Below, in pieces: positions 1-8,271 of a stretch of DNA of 38,853 nucleotides. Below the pieces are notes generated by a model. It ran no database searches and was not told the DNA's origin. It saw only the letters and a list, made by a program, of their open reading frames with translations. A program made the translations under genes and the position numbers. Source of the DNA: a bacterium (GTDB taxonomy: Bacteria > Patescibacteriota > Minisyncoccia > Portnoybacterales > GWB1-42-6); assembly GCA_043800535.1 (NCBI GenBank), contig JAZDMV010000014.1, positions 1 through 38,853 on the forward strand, read 5' to 3'. Numbering within the stretch: position 1 is the stretch's first letter; each line of letters starts with the position of its first letter.

Positions 1-124
1 TCGAGCCCTTCGACGAAGTTTATCCTGAGCAAAATCGAAGGACTCAGGGTAAATTGGATCGAGAACTTCTCTATGCGCCCCGACGATAGTCGGGGGTTAG
101 TTGAAGAATAAATTTTAGAGATTA

Positions 125-778
125 ATGGAAATTCCGGTCTATAAAACCCAAGGCATCATTTTGAAAAAAGCCGAGCTTAATGACACGGATCGGCTTTTGA
201 CGATCTATACAGAAAAATTTGGCAAGATTTTAGTGCGCGCCCGCGGCATAGGCAAAAAGGAGTCAAAATTAAAATGCCTGATTGAGCCATTTAATGTTTA
301 TGAGTTTTTGCTTGCTCGGAGCAAAAATATTGATGTTCTGGCCAATTCTTATCCGATAAAAGAATTTTTAGGGTTGCGTCAGGATTTGGAATCCTTGTCG
401 CTGGCAATCTATTTTGCGGAATTGGTTGATAAATTAATTCCGGCGCCCGAATCAGACGCAAAAATCTGGATGCTTTTGACAAGGGCGATGGAGGCGGTAG
501 ACAAATTTAACTCACCCCAGCCCTCTCTTAAAATAAGAGAGGGAGAAAACACAAAAAGCATCACCCCTCTTAAGGTAAGAGGGGGAGGGGGCGTTATGAT
601 TACATTAGATAATATAAAACCAGCTTTTGAGGAAAAGCTGGTTGAATTTCTGGGTCACCCCAATTTTTCAGTCCGCGGCAAAACTACCGAGCGGGAAATA
701 TCGCATTATTTAGAATCGCTGGCCGGGGAGGAGATAAGGGCTGTCAAATTTTTGAGATCGCTGAGTTTAACTAGTTGA
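125..778 (+). CDS. recO: DNA repair protein RecO (carries an in-frame repeat insertion)
   Basis: 217-aa ORF. The N-terminal pattern YKTQGIILKK..DRLLTIYTEKFGKI.VRARG is typical of the RecO OB-fold region. The 3' end overlaps convergent proS by 73 nt. Confidence 0.75.
   Translation: MEIPVYKTQGIILKKAELNDTDRLLTIYTEKFGKILVRARGIGKKESKLKCLIEPFNVYEFLLARSKNIDVLANSYPIKEFLGLRQDLESLSLAIYFAELVDKLIPAPESDAKIWMLLTRAMEAVDKFNSPQPSLKIREGENTKSITPLKVRGGGGVMITLDNIKPAFEEKLVEFLGHPNFSVRGKTTEREISHYLESLAGEEIRAVKFLRSLSLTS
509..590. repeat. Double stem-loop repeat embedded in frame in recO
   Basis: Hairpins ccctctctt/aagagaggg (521-543) and cccctctt/aagagggg (564-584). Positions 509-543 are 31/35 identical to intergenic 2041-2075. 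Confidence 0.8.
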
Positions 779-1992
779 GTTTCTTTTTCGTTTCTCTTTT
801 TTATCTCCATTGAACCTTTTTCAAGAGTTTTTTCGCTTAAAACAATTCTTATCGGAATGCCGATAAGGTCAGCTTCGGCGAATTTTTGGCCGGGCGAGAC
901 TTCTTCTCTGTCGTCGTATAAAATTTCAACGCCGTCTTTGGTCAAAGCCGCTTCTAAATTATCCGCGACTTTTTTGATCTCGTTGTTAACTGTTTCCTGT
1001 TTACTGCTAACTGTGATTAGATGCGCGCTAAACGGGGCAATTTCTTTTGGCCAAATAATTCCTTGTTCATCGTGAGAAATTTCAACCACGGTACCCATCA
1101 CTCGGCCCGGGCCGATGCCATAGCAGCCCATAATGACAAGCTGCTCTTTGCCATCTTTGTCGCGGAATTTTAATTCAAAAGGTTCAGAATATTTCGTGCC
1201 GAGCTTAAAAATATTGCCGACCTCAATCGCCTTTTCTTCCTTAAAATCGCTTGAGCCGCATTCAGGGCAGGCAGGTGTTTGGTCTTTTATATCCGCGTTA
1301 ACGGCCAGGTTGCATTTTTGACAGACAAAAATTGTGTCTTCGCCGGCGGGCGAAATCGTCTGAAATTCGTGGGAGTATTTTGAAAATGTGCCGCCCGAAG
1401 CCAGAGTCAAAAAAGTTTCTTTGCCCAGGCCTGTTCTCTCAAAGATCTTAAAATAAGCGGTTTTGACTTTATCGTAATATTCGTCCAGGTCTTTTTGGTC
1501 GGCGTGAAAAGAATAGAGGTCTTTCATTAAAAATTCGCGGCCGCGCAGGAGGCCGGATCTGGCGCGGGGCTCGTCGCGGAATTTATCCTGGATCTGGAAA
1601 ACGGCAAAAGGCAGGTCTTTGTATGAAAAAATATGGCTTTTGGCCAGCGGCACGACGATTTCTTCGTGCGTTGGGGCAAGCGCGTAATCCTTGCCTTCTT
1701 TGCCTTTTAATTTAAAAAGCACGTCAAGCGCTTCCCAGCGGCCACTGGCGGCCCAGTTTTCTTTTGGGTTGAGCGCGGGCATTAAAATTTCCTGCCCGCC
1801 AAGCGCGGCCATTTCTTCGCGGATGATATTTTCTATTTTACGCAAAACTTTCAAGCCGAGAGGCAGGAAAGAATAAACGCCGGCTGTCAGTTTGTCCACA
1901 AAACCGGCGCGGGCCAGCAATTTGGCGTTGGCGCTTATTTCGTCGCGTGGCGCTTCCTTAAGAGTTTTGGTAAAAAGGAAAGACTGTCGCAT
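706..1992 (-). CDS. proS: Proline--tRNA ligase (short, archaeal/eukaryote-like type)
   Basis: 428-aa ORF. MRQSFLFTKTLKEAP..ISANAKLLARAGF and the class II motifs (FRDE.RARSGLLRGREF, GCYGIG) are typical of ProRS. Confidence 0.93.
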   Translation of the reverse strand: MRQSFLFTKTLKEAPRDEISANAKLLARAGFVDKLTAGVYSFLPLGLKVLRKIENIIREEMAALGGQEILMPALNPKENWAASGRWEALDVLFKLKGKEGKDYALAPTHEEIVVPLAKSHIFSYKDLPFAVFQIQDKFRDEPRARSGLLRGREFLMKDLYSFHADQKDLDEYYDKVKTAYFKIFERTGLGKETFLTLASGGTFSKYSHEFQTISPAGEDTIFVCQKCNLAVNADIKDQTPACPECGSSDFKEEKAIEVGNIFKLGTKYSEPFELKFRDKDGKEQLVIMGCYGIGPGRVMGTVVEISHDEQGIIWPKEIAPFSAHLITVSSKQETVNNEIKKVADNLEAALTKDGVEILYDDREEVSPGQKFAEADLIGIPIRIVLSEKTLEKGSMEIKKRNEKETQLVKLSDLKNLTALISSPASDSK

Positions 1993-2040
1993 AATTTAGC
2001 TACGGATTACGGATTTTTTACGGATATACGGATGAAATTT

Positions 2041-2075
2041 AACTCGCCCCATCCCTCTCTTTAAAAAAGAGAGGG
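2041..2075. repeat. Intergenic copy of the ccctctctt hairpin repeat
   Basis: Stem ccctctctt (2053-2061) pairs with aagagaggg (2067-2075). It matches recO-internal 509-543. It is preceded by 4x tacggat (2003-2035). Confidence 0.8.
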
Positions 2076-2126
2076 CGTTAAGAAGGTAGAGGATTTATAA
2101 TCTAAGTATAAGGTGTAAAAAGCGTC

Positions 2127-2155
2127 TTGGCAACAAAGGGGTTTTGGGGTAGAAT
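2127..2155 (+). promoter_or_regulatory. Sigma70-like promoter for the 2203 gene
   Basis: TTGGCA (2127-2132), 17-nt spacer, TAGAAT (2150-2155). It is followed by a gaaac(t)-rich low-complexity stretch up to the ATG. Confidence 0.45.
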
Positions 2156-2202
2156 ACAGATATTAAGAAACAGGAAACTGGGAAACTAAGAAACTAGGAA
2201 TT

Positions 2203-4116
2203 ATGGACTTAGAAGAAATTAAAAAACGGCTTTATACGGACAAGCCGGAACTGGGCGCGCGGCCGGAAGCGCCAAAGAAATATGAGCCGGGCTTCGGCCA
2301 GGCGGGCCAGGATAGCCAGGGGCAGGGAAGCTGGGAGAAGGAGCCGGAAAAAATTGCCGGTCCGGGCTTAAGCAGCAAGACAAAAAAGTGGATAAAAACC
2401 GCGGTTTTGGTGTTGGCTGGGTTAGCGGTTGCGGCGGTCGGCATCTGGTTTATATTTTTTCGCAGCTCATTTGACAGCAAAAAAGTTTCGGTCATTGTTT
2501 ATGGCCGCGACAGGGTGGTCAGCGGAGAGGAGGTAAGCTATATGGTGCGTTATCAGAACGGCACGAAAGTTGATCTGAAAAACGTGAAGCTGACTTTTAT
2601 TTATCCTGAAGGCAGTTTGCCAAAGGACACGCAGAATTTGACAACTTTGGGGGAGGCGCAGACAAGCATAGTCGGCGTTCCGGATCTGCCGGCTGGGCAG
2701 GAAGGCAGCATGGAATTTCGGGCCAGCTTAACCGGCCTGAGGGGCGAACAGAAGCAGGCCATTGCAAAGTTAAGCTATAATCCTGGCGGGGCGAGCTCCG
2801 AGTTTGAAAATGAAGGGGAATTTTTGAGCGAAATTTTTATGGTGCCCATTGTGCTTGATTTTGATCTGCCCGAAAGAATTGTCAGCGGCCAGCCTTTAAC
2901 CATCGGATTAAAATACCTGAACACTTCTGACGTTTCGTTCTCTGGCGTGACGCTAAGTATTGAATATCCTTCGGGATTTGATTTTAATTCTTCTTCCCCC
3001 GTTCCGGCCGAAGCAGAAAACAAATGGCAGCTTGCGGAGATCGGGCCGCGCGAGGAGGGAAAAATAATAATTTCCGGCGTGCTTTCCGGGCTTGAAGGAG
3101 AAGTTAAATCATTTAAGGCCAAAGCCGAGCAAAAGCAGGGCGAAATTGTCAAAACAGTTTCCGAAGGCCTGGCTTCAACTTCCATTTCCTTATCCCCGCT
3201 TTCCGTTGCGCTGACAGTTAACAACAGCCGCGATTATTCTGCCAATCCGGGCGAGACCCTCAACTACAAGCTGGCTTATCAGAATTCAACCGATGTCCAG
3301 ATCGGTCCGGTTTTCATTGTTGTCAAATTTGACAGCAAGGTTCTGGATTTTTCAACCTTAAAAACAAACGGGTCTTTCAGCAGCATGGACAATTCAATAA
3401 CCTGGAATGAATCGGTCTTGCGCCAGCTTCGCATGCTGCAGCCGGGCGACAAAAATACGATTGAGTTTTCTCTCCAGGTCAAGGAAAAAGAGGAGTTGCC
3501 TATTAAAAATTTCAGCGACAAGAACTTTCTTGTCGGCGTTTCGGCCAAAATTAATTCGGTCAATATTCCGACCTCGCTTGTCGGCACGCGGCTTGAAGGA
3601 AACGATTCGCTTTCAACCAAATTAAATTCCGTGCTTTTGCTTTCGGCCAAAGGATATTTTAAGGATTCAATTATGCCAAATTCCGGGCCCATTCCGCCCA
3701 CGGTCGGCCAGCAGACAACTTATACGATATATTGGCAGATCGTTAATTTGGCTAACGAAGCAGAAAACGTGGTGGTGGAAAGTTATCTGCCGCCTTATGT
3801 CAGCTGGCTTGGCCGGTTTGAGCCCCCTGACAGCGCCGTTAAATACGATAAAAACAGCGGCAAAATTACCTGGACAATAGGAAAACTGGCGGCCAACACA
3901 GGCATTCTTTCGCCTGTTAAGCAATTGGTTTTCCAGATTGCGCTTCTGCCAAACAGCAACCAGGTTGGCAGCGAGGTCGTGCTTGTAAAAGAATCGGCTA
4001 TCAGCGGGTTAGATGCTTTTACGGCGGCTTCCCTTAATGGCGTTGCCAAACAAATTGAAAGCGATCTGCCTGACGATTCATCCATGATTTATGGCGGCGG
4101 CAAGATCAGGCAATGA
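2203..4116 (+). CDS. Hypothetical membrane-anchored protein with a repetitive beta-rich extracellular region
   Basis: 637-aa ORF. It has a charged N-terminus, one TM helix (AVLVLAGLAVAAVGIWFIFF), then repeated ~100-aa segments with DUF11/CARDB-like character (fold assignment is my inference). Confidence 0.8.
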   Translation: MDLEEIKKRLYTDKPELGARPEAPKKYEPGFGQAGQDSQGQGSWEKEPEKIAGPGLSSKTKKWIKTAVLVLAGLAVAAVGIWFIFFRSSFDSKKVSVIVYGRDRVVSGEEVSYMVRYQNGTKVDLKNVKLTFIYPEGSLPKDTQNLTTLGEAQTSIVGVPDLPAGQEGSMEFRASLTGLRGEQKQAIAKLSYNPGGASSEFENEGEFLSEIFMVPIVLDFDLPERIVSGQPLTIGLKYLNTSDVSFSGVTLSIEYPSGFDFNSSSPVPAEAENKWQLAEIGPREEGKIIISGVLSGLEGEVKSFKAKAEQKQGEIVKTVSEGLASTSISLSPLSVALTVNNSRDYSANPGETLNYKLAYQNSTDVQIGPVFIVVKFDSKVLDFSTLKTNGSFSSMDNSITWNESVLRQLRMLQPGDKNTIEFSLQVKEKEELPIKNFSDKNFLVGVSAKINSVNIPTSLVGTRLEGNDSLSTKLNSVLLLSAKGYFKDSIMPNSGPIPPTVGQQTTYTIYWQIVNLANEAENVVVESYLPPYVSWLGRFEPPDSAVKYDKNSGKITWTIGKLAANTGILSPVKQLVFQIALLPNSNQVGSEVVLVKESAISGLDAFTAASLNGVAKQIESDLPDDSSMIYGGGKIRQ

Positions 4117-4120
4117 TCGT

Positions 4121-5359
4121 ATGTCCAAAATTATAAAAAAAATAGGAAAAGCCGGCGGTCGCGCCGGCCAGTTGCGAACAAGACGGGGGGTTCTCAAGAC
4201 CCCTTTTTTTATGCCGATCGCGACGCGCGGCGCGGTCAAAAATCTGACGCCAGAGGAGCTTAGGGAACTGGGTGCGGAAATTATTTTGGGAAACACGTAT
4301 CACTTATGGCTGCGGCCGGGGTTGGAAGTAATAAAAAGATCAGGTGGCCTGCACGAATTTATGCATTGGGATGGTCCGATCCTGACGGATTCTGGCGGGT
4401 TCCAGGTTTTTTCGCTGGGTGGAAGAGCTGGAAAGGCGCGGGGACAAAATTTTTCTTCTGTGGAACTCGCCCCGCAAGACGCGGGGCTCAAACAGTCCTC
4501 GTGCGAAAAATTTGTCCCCGTGCCTTTTAGTAGTCATGTAAGAATAACTGATGCGGGAGTAGAATTTCGTGATCCCGCGGACGGAAAAAAATATTTTTTG
4601 ACACCGGAAAAAGCAATTGAAATACAGCTGGCGTTGGGCTCGGACATTATTATGGTTTTGGACGAATGCCCGGCGTATCCGGCAACCCGCAAAGAGGCCG
4701 AGCAAGCGGTTGTGCGGACAACGAGATGGGCAGAGAGATGCAAAAAATATTTTGCAGCTCAGATTAAAAAATTAAAAATAAAAAGCAAGAAACCGCTATT
4801 GTTTGGAATAATTCAGGGAGGAATTTATAAAGATCTGCGTCAAAGAAGTGCAAACGAATTGTTAAGAATTGGTTTCGACGGCTACGCCATCGGCGGTGTG
4901 GCGGTGGGCGAGCCAAGAAAATACCTGGCTAAAGTGCTTGGCTGGGTTTTGCCGTTGCTGCCGCAGGACAAACCGCGCTATCTGATGGGGTTGGGGAAGC
5001 CGGAAGAAATAGTCAGGGCTGTGTTATCCGGCATTGATATGTTTGACTGCGTTATTCCGACCAGAGAAGCGAGGCACGGACGCATTTATAAATTCCAAAT
5101 TCCAAAAAACAAGATCCAAACAAATTTCAAATTTCAAACGAGAAAGGCAAAATTTTACGAGACCCTGCAAATAATGAATTCAAAATTTGCAAAAGATATG
5201 CGGGCCCTCGATGAAAATTGTTCCTGCTATGCCTGCCAAAATTACAGCCGCGCTTATATTAATCATCTTTTCAAGATCAAAGAAAACCTTGGGCTGCGGC
5301 TGGCCACCATGCATAATCTTAGATTCTATCTGGATCTGATGACAAGATTGAGAGATTAA
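4121..5359 (+). CDS. tgt: Queuine tRNA-ribosyltransferase (with two in-frame insertions)
   Basis: TPFFMPIATRGAVK, LGNTYHL, LTDSGGFQVFSL, GYAIGG, and the zinc motif CSCYACQNYSRAYINHL. The ATG at 4121 lies 4 nt after the upstream stop, so I prefer it to the track start at 4091. Confidence 0.9.
   Translation: MSKIIKKIGKAGGRAGQLRTRRGVLKTPFFMPIATRGAVKNLTPEELRELGAEIILGNTYHLWLRPGLEVIKRSGGLHEFMHWDGPILTDSGGFQVFSLGGRAGKARGQNFSSVELAPQDAGLKQSSCEKFVPVPFSSHVRITDAGVEFRDPADGKKYFLTPEKAIEIQLALGSDIIMVLDECPAYPATRKEAEQAVVRTTRWAERCKKYFAAQIKKLKIKSKKPLLFGIIQGGIYKDLRQRSANELLRIGFDGYAIGGVAVGEPRKYLAKVLGWVLPLLPQDKPRYLMGLGKPEEIVRAVLSGIDMFDCVIPTREARHGRIYKFQIPKNKIQTNFKFQTRKAKFYETLQIMNSKFAKDMRALDENCSCYACQNYSRAYINHLFKIKENLGLRLATMHNLRFYLDLMTRLRD
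4439..4520. repeat. Nested palindromic element in frame inside tgt
   Basis: Outer arms cggggacaaaattttt (4439-4454) and aaaaatttgtccccg (4506-4520). Inner hairpin gccccgc-aagac-gcggggc (4469-4487). Confidence 0.8.
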
Positions 5360-5368
5360 ATTAAAAAA

Positions 5369-5448
5369 GGCACACAGAGCAGAAGTGGGTTTGTAAAAGG
5401 TGTCTTTCTTGGGGGGAAAGACACGGGCTGCTCGGTGTGCCTATTTTT
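5369..5448 (+). terminator. Long hairpin plus T-run terminator after tgt
   Basis: ggcacacagagcag (5369-5382) pairs with ctgctcggtgtgcc (5428-5441). There is an inner hairpin gtgtctttc/gaaagacac, followed by tattttt. Confidence 0.6.
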
Positions 5449-5458
5449 GTATAAATAA

Positions 5459-5584
5459 GGCGGAAAGGATGCGATAGAGGGAGAGGTGGGCTTTGACCCC
5501 TATCGCGCAGTGGGTGAGCATCCAGAATGGCGTCCTTTGGGTGTGCAGTGCAATTCTGATTGTGTCCGCTGTTTCCAATCCGCC
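5459..5584 (+). ncRNA. Candidate structured RNA (multi-helix, unknown class; strand not established)
   Basis: Closing helix ggcgga/tccgcc (5459-5464 with 5579-5584). It encloses ggatgc..gcatcc, gcgatagaggg..cccctatcgc and cagaat..attctg helices. No ORF is present. Confidence 0.3.
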
Positions 5585-5641
5585 AATTTTCAGAAAGAAC
5601 CGATAAACTATTTAACCCTAACCGTTTTAGCAGTTTTTAGT

Positions 5642-5717
5642 GACATAGCGGTGGAGTGAGCGCCGTTGGGGGGAGACGATCAGTTTACGTCTTCTGGCGA
5701 ACCTCCGCCGCTATGTC
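5642..5717. other. 76-nt imperfect hairpin upstream of the glyQS promoter
   Basis: gacatagcggtggag (5642-5656) pairs with cctccgccgctatgtc (5702-5717). Confidence 0.5.
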
Positions 5718-5750
5718 AAATGTGCGCCTATTATACAGTATCCAGCAAGC

Positions 5751-5779
5751 TTGTCAATAACAATATAAGGCGCTATACT
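5751..5779 (+). promoter_or_regulatory. Sigma70-like promoter for glyQS
   Basis: TTGTCA (5751-5756), 17-nt spacer, TATACT (5774-5779). Confidence 0.5.
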
Positions 5780-5810
5780 GAAAACATAAATTTTAGGCGG
5801 ATTTTGATAA

Positions 5811-7112
5811 ATGACCGACAATAACCTGATGGAAAAGATTGTCAGTTTGTGCAAACGGCGGGGTTTTGTGTATCCTGGTTCGGAAATTTACGGCGGGCTG
5901 CAGGGCTTTTATGATTTTGGACCACTGGGCGTAGAAATGAAAAATAATTTGAAAAAGTTGTGGTGGCGTTGGATGACGATAGAGCATGAAAATATCGTCG
6001 GAATAGACGGCGCAATTATTACCCATCCTAAGGTCTGGGAGGCCAGCGGCCACTTAAAAAGCTTTGTTGATCCCTTAACGGAATGTAAAAAATGTCATCA
6101 TCGTTTTAAAGCCGACGATCTGGAGAGCAACAAATGTCCTGACTGCAGCGGGGAGCTGACCGAGCCAAAAAATTTCAATATCTTAGTGCCGACCCAACTT
6201 GGAGTGATTGAGGGAGAAAAAACGGATGCTTATCTAAGAGGAGAGGCCTGCCAGACAATTTATCTGGATTTTTTAAATGTTGTTAATTCAACGCGGGTGA
6301 AAGTTCCGTTTGGCATCGTGCAGATCGGCAAGGCCTTCCGCAATGAGGTCACTCCGGGCAATTTTTTATACCGCCAGCGGGAGTTTGAACAATGGGACTT
6401 GCAATGGTTTACGCACCCTTGCCAAATGGACAAGTGGTTTGAATACTGGAAGCAGGAACGGATGGATTGGTATAAAAGCATTTTTACTCATCCGGAGAAC
6501 CTTGGTTTTTACGAACACAAAAAGCTGGCGCATTACGCCAAAAAAGCTTTTGACATTGAATATAGTGCTTCGCCTTTCGGCAACAAAGAAATGGAAGGGA
6601 TCCATTGGCGCGGGGATTGGGACCTTTCCGGGCACGGCAAGTATTCGGGCAAGGACCTGGGCTACATGGACCAAGACACTAAAGAAAAGTATATTCCATG
6701 GATCGTTGAGACGTCCGGCGGAGTTGACAGGACATTTTTGTTTCTGTTAATTGATGCCTACGCAGAAGAAAAAGACAGGATTGTTTTAAAACTGAATCCA
6801 AAAGTGGCGCCTTATAAAACGGCCGTATTTCCGCTCTTGGCAAACAAGCCGCCATTGGTGGAATTGGCGAAGAAGATATATGACGATCTTCGCAAGGATC
6901 CGCCAGCTGGCGGGATGGTGGCCTGGGATGATCGGGGCAATATTGGTAAGCGTTATTATTCGCAGGACGAAATTGGCACGCCGTTCTGCATAACAATTGA
7001 TTTTGACAGTTTGGAAAAAGGCGATGTCACGGTTCGCGACCGCGACACGACAAAACAGGAAAGAATAAAAATCGGGGACTTAAAGAGCTTTTTGGAGGAA
7101 AAGTTGAAATAA
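5811..7112 (+). CDS. glyQS: Glycine--tRNA ligase (dimeric alpha2 type)
   Basis: 433-aa ORF. KRRGFVYPGSEIYGGL.GFYDFGPLG and FRNE..PGNFLYRQREFEQ are typical GlyQS motifs. Confidence 0.93.
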   Translation: MTDNNLMEKIVSLCKRRGFVYPGSEIYGGLQGFYDFGPLGVEMKNNLKKLWWRWMTIEHENIVGIDGAIITHPKVWEASGHLKSFVDPLTECKKCHHRFKADDLESNKCPDCSGELTEPKNFNILVPTQLGVIEGEKTDAYLRGEACQTIYLDFLNVVNSTRVKVPFGIVQIGKAFRNEVTPGNFLYRQREFEQWDLQWFTHPCQMDKWFEYWKQERMDWYKSIFTHPENLGFYEHKKLAHYAKKAFDIEYSASPFGNKEMEGIHWRGDWDLSGHGKYSGKDLGYMDQDTKEKYIPWIVETSGGVDRTFLFLLIDAYAEEKDRIVLKLNPKVAPYKTAVFPLLANKPPLVELAKKIYDDLRKDPPAGGMVAWDDRGNIGKRYYSQDEIGTPFCITIDFDSLEKGDVTVRDRDTTKQERIKIGDLKSFLEEKLK

Positions 7113-8048
7113 ATGGTTCAAAAACAAATTCTGGAACTGGCTATTAAAATGGGGGTCAAAGCCGATCTGCGGGGAGAAAAGGCGGTAAAAAAATACCTGG
7201 CCAGGCAAAAGAAAAAGTTTGATGAATTGCCGCCAAAAAGACAGGCGGAATTTGATAAAGAACGATTAGCGAATCCTTATATGGATTCAGGAATATGGGT
7301 GGACGACGCAAAGCCAGTAAAAAAAGCGCTGGCCGGAATTGATATTGGCACAGACGAAATACTGCTGGCCAGAGAATTGAATATAAGCGCTGTTATCAGC
7401 CATCATCCTCTCGGCAAGGGCCTGGCTATGTTGGACGAAGTAATGCATTTGCAGGCGGAGGTTCTCGCGCTTTACGGAATTCCAATAAATATTGCCGAAT
7501 CTTTGCTAAAGGTCAGAATTTCGGAAGTGGCGCGGGGAGTGCATCCTGTTAATCATTATCGGGCAATCAACGCGGCCCAGCTTCTGAAAATTAACTTGAT
7601 GAATGTGCACACTCCGGCCGATAACATGGTGGCCAGCTTCCTTAAAAAAGAAGTGGAAAGGAAAAAACCTGAATATCTTGATGAAGTTGTGGAGATCATA
7701 AAAAACATTGAGGAGTATAAAAGGGCGGCAAAACTCGGAACGCCCGTGAAATTGTTTGCCGGCTCAAAAGAGAACCGGGCAGGAAAGATCGCTTTCACAG
7801 AAATTACCGGCGGAACCGAGGGGTCCAAAGATATTTATCGGAAAATGGCCAATGCCGGCGTTGGCACGATTGTGGCGATGCATCTTTCCGAAGAACACCG
7901 CAAGAATGCGGAAGCCGCGCATATTAATGTCGTGGTTGCTCCGCATATCGCTTCGGATTCGCTCGGCATGAATTTATTTCTAGATGAAATAGAGAAAAAG
8001 GGGATTGAAATTATTCCATGCTCGGGGCTGATTAGGGTTAAAAGATAA
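7113..8048 (+). CDS. NIF3-like (DUF34) dinuclear metal-centre family protein (tentative)
   Basis: 311-aa ORF starting directly after the glyQS stop. The His-rich motifs ISHHPLGKG, NVHTPADN and APHIASDS resemble the NIF3 family. Confidence 0.5.
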   Translation: MVQKQILELAIKMGVKADLRGEKAVKKYLARQKKKFDELPPKRQAEFDKERLANPYMDSGIWVDDAKPVKKALAGIDIGTDEILLARELNISAVISHHPLGKGLAMLDEVMHLQAEVLALYGIPINIAESLLKVRISEVARGVHPVNHYRAINAAQLLKINLMNVHTPADNMVASFLKKEVERKKPEYLDEVVEIIKNIEEYKRAAKLGTPVKLFAGSKENRAGKIAFTEITGGTEGSKDIYRKMANAGVGTIVAMHLSEEHRKNAEAAHINVVVAPHIASDSLGMNLFLDEIEKKGIEIIPCSGLIRVKR

Positions 8049-8057
8049 TTTTTCATG

Positions 8058-8242
8058 TTACTTTTCTGGCAGCAGAAAAGTAACAAAAGACTGCGCGTAG
8101 CGATAAAATTTTGAGAAAATCGGATTCACTTGGCTAAAAATTGACTCGCAAACTCGCGCTCCCCGCCGCAACGGCGGGGGCTCGCTCGCCAATTTTCTTC
8201 CGCCTCGCTCATCGCGATTTTCTGACAAAATTTTTCGATGCG
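8058..8242 (+). repeat. ~185-bp nested-palindrome element, copy A
   Basis: It starts with hairpin tacttttctg-gcag-cagaaaagta. It then has long imperfect inverted arms around a central hairpin ccccgccgcaacggcgggg and ends in aaaatttttcgatgc. Copies are also at 15121, 24610 and 37528. Confidence 0.85.
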
Positions 8243-8271
8243 CGGTTGTAGAATTTAGCAGACAGTAGAAT

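Noticed and set aside
706-778. 73-nt convergent overlap of the recO and proS 3' ends as a possible regulatory or frameshift feature
   Set aside because: Both ORFs are intact with plausible C-termini. Such overlaps occur in compact genomes, and there is no structure or slippery sequence to support anything more.
4091-4120. The longer tgt start (4091), overlapping the upstream gene by 26 nt
   Set aside because: The ATG at 4121 follows the upstream stop by 4 nt and gives an N-terminus (MSKIIKK..GRAGQL.T) of typical Tgt length. The extension has no support.
5449-5810. T-box (glycine) leader for glyQS, or a preQ1 riboswitch linked to tgt
   Set aside because: I could find no T-box consensus (AA..GGGUGGNACCGCG-like) or stem I/specifier architecture. 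The best promoter (5751-5779) lies downstream of the structures. No preQ1-type small hairpin with an A-rich tail was recognisable. The region is kept only as an unclassified structured region.
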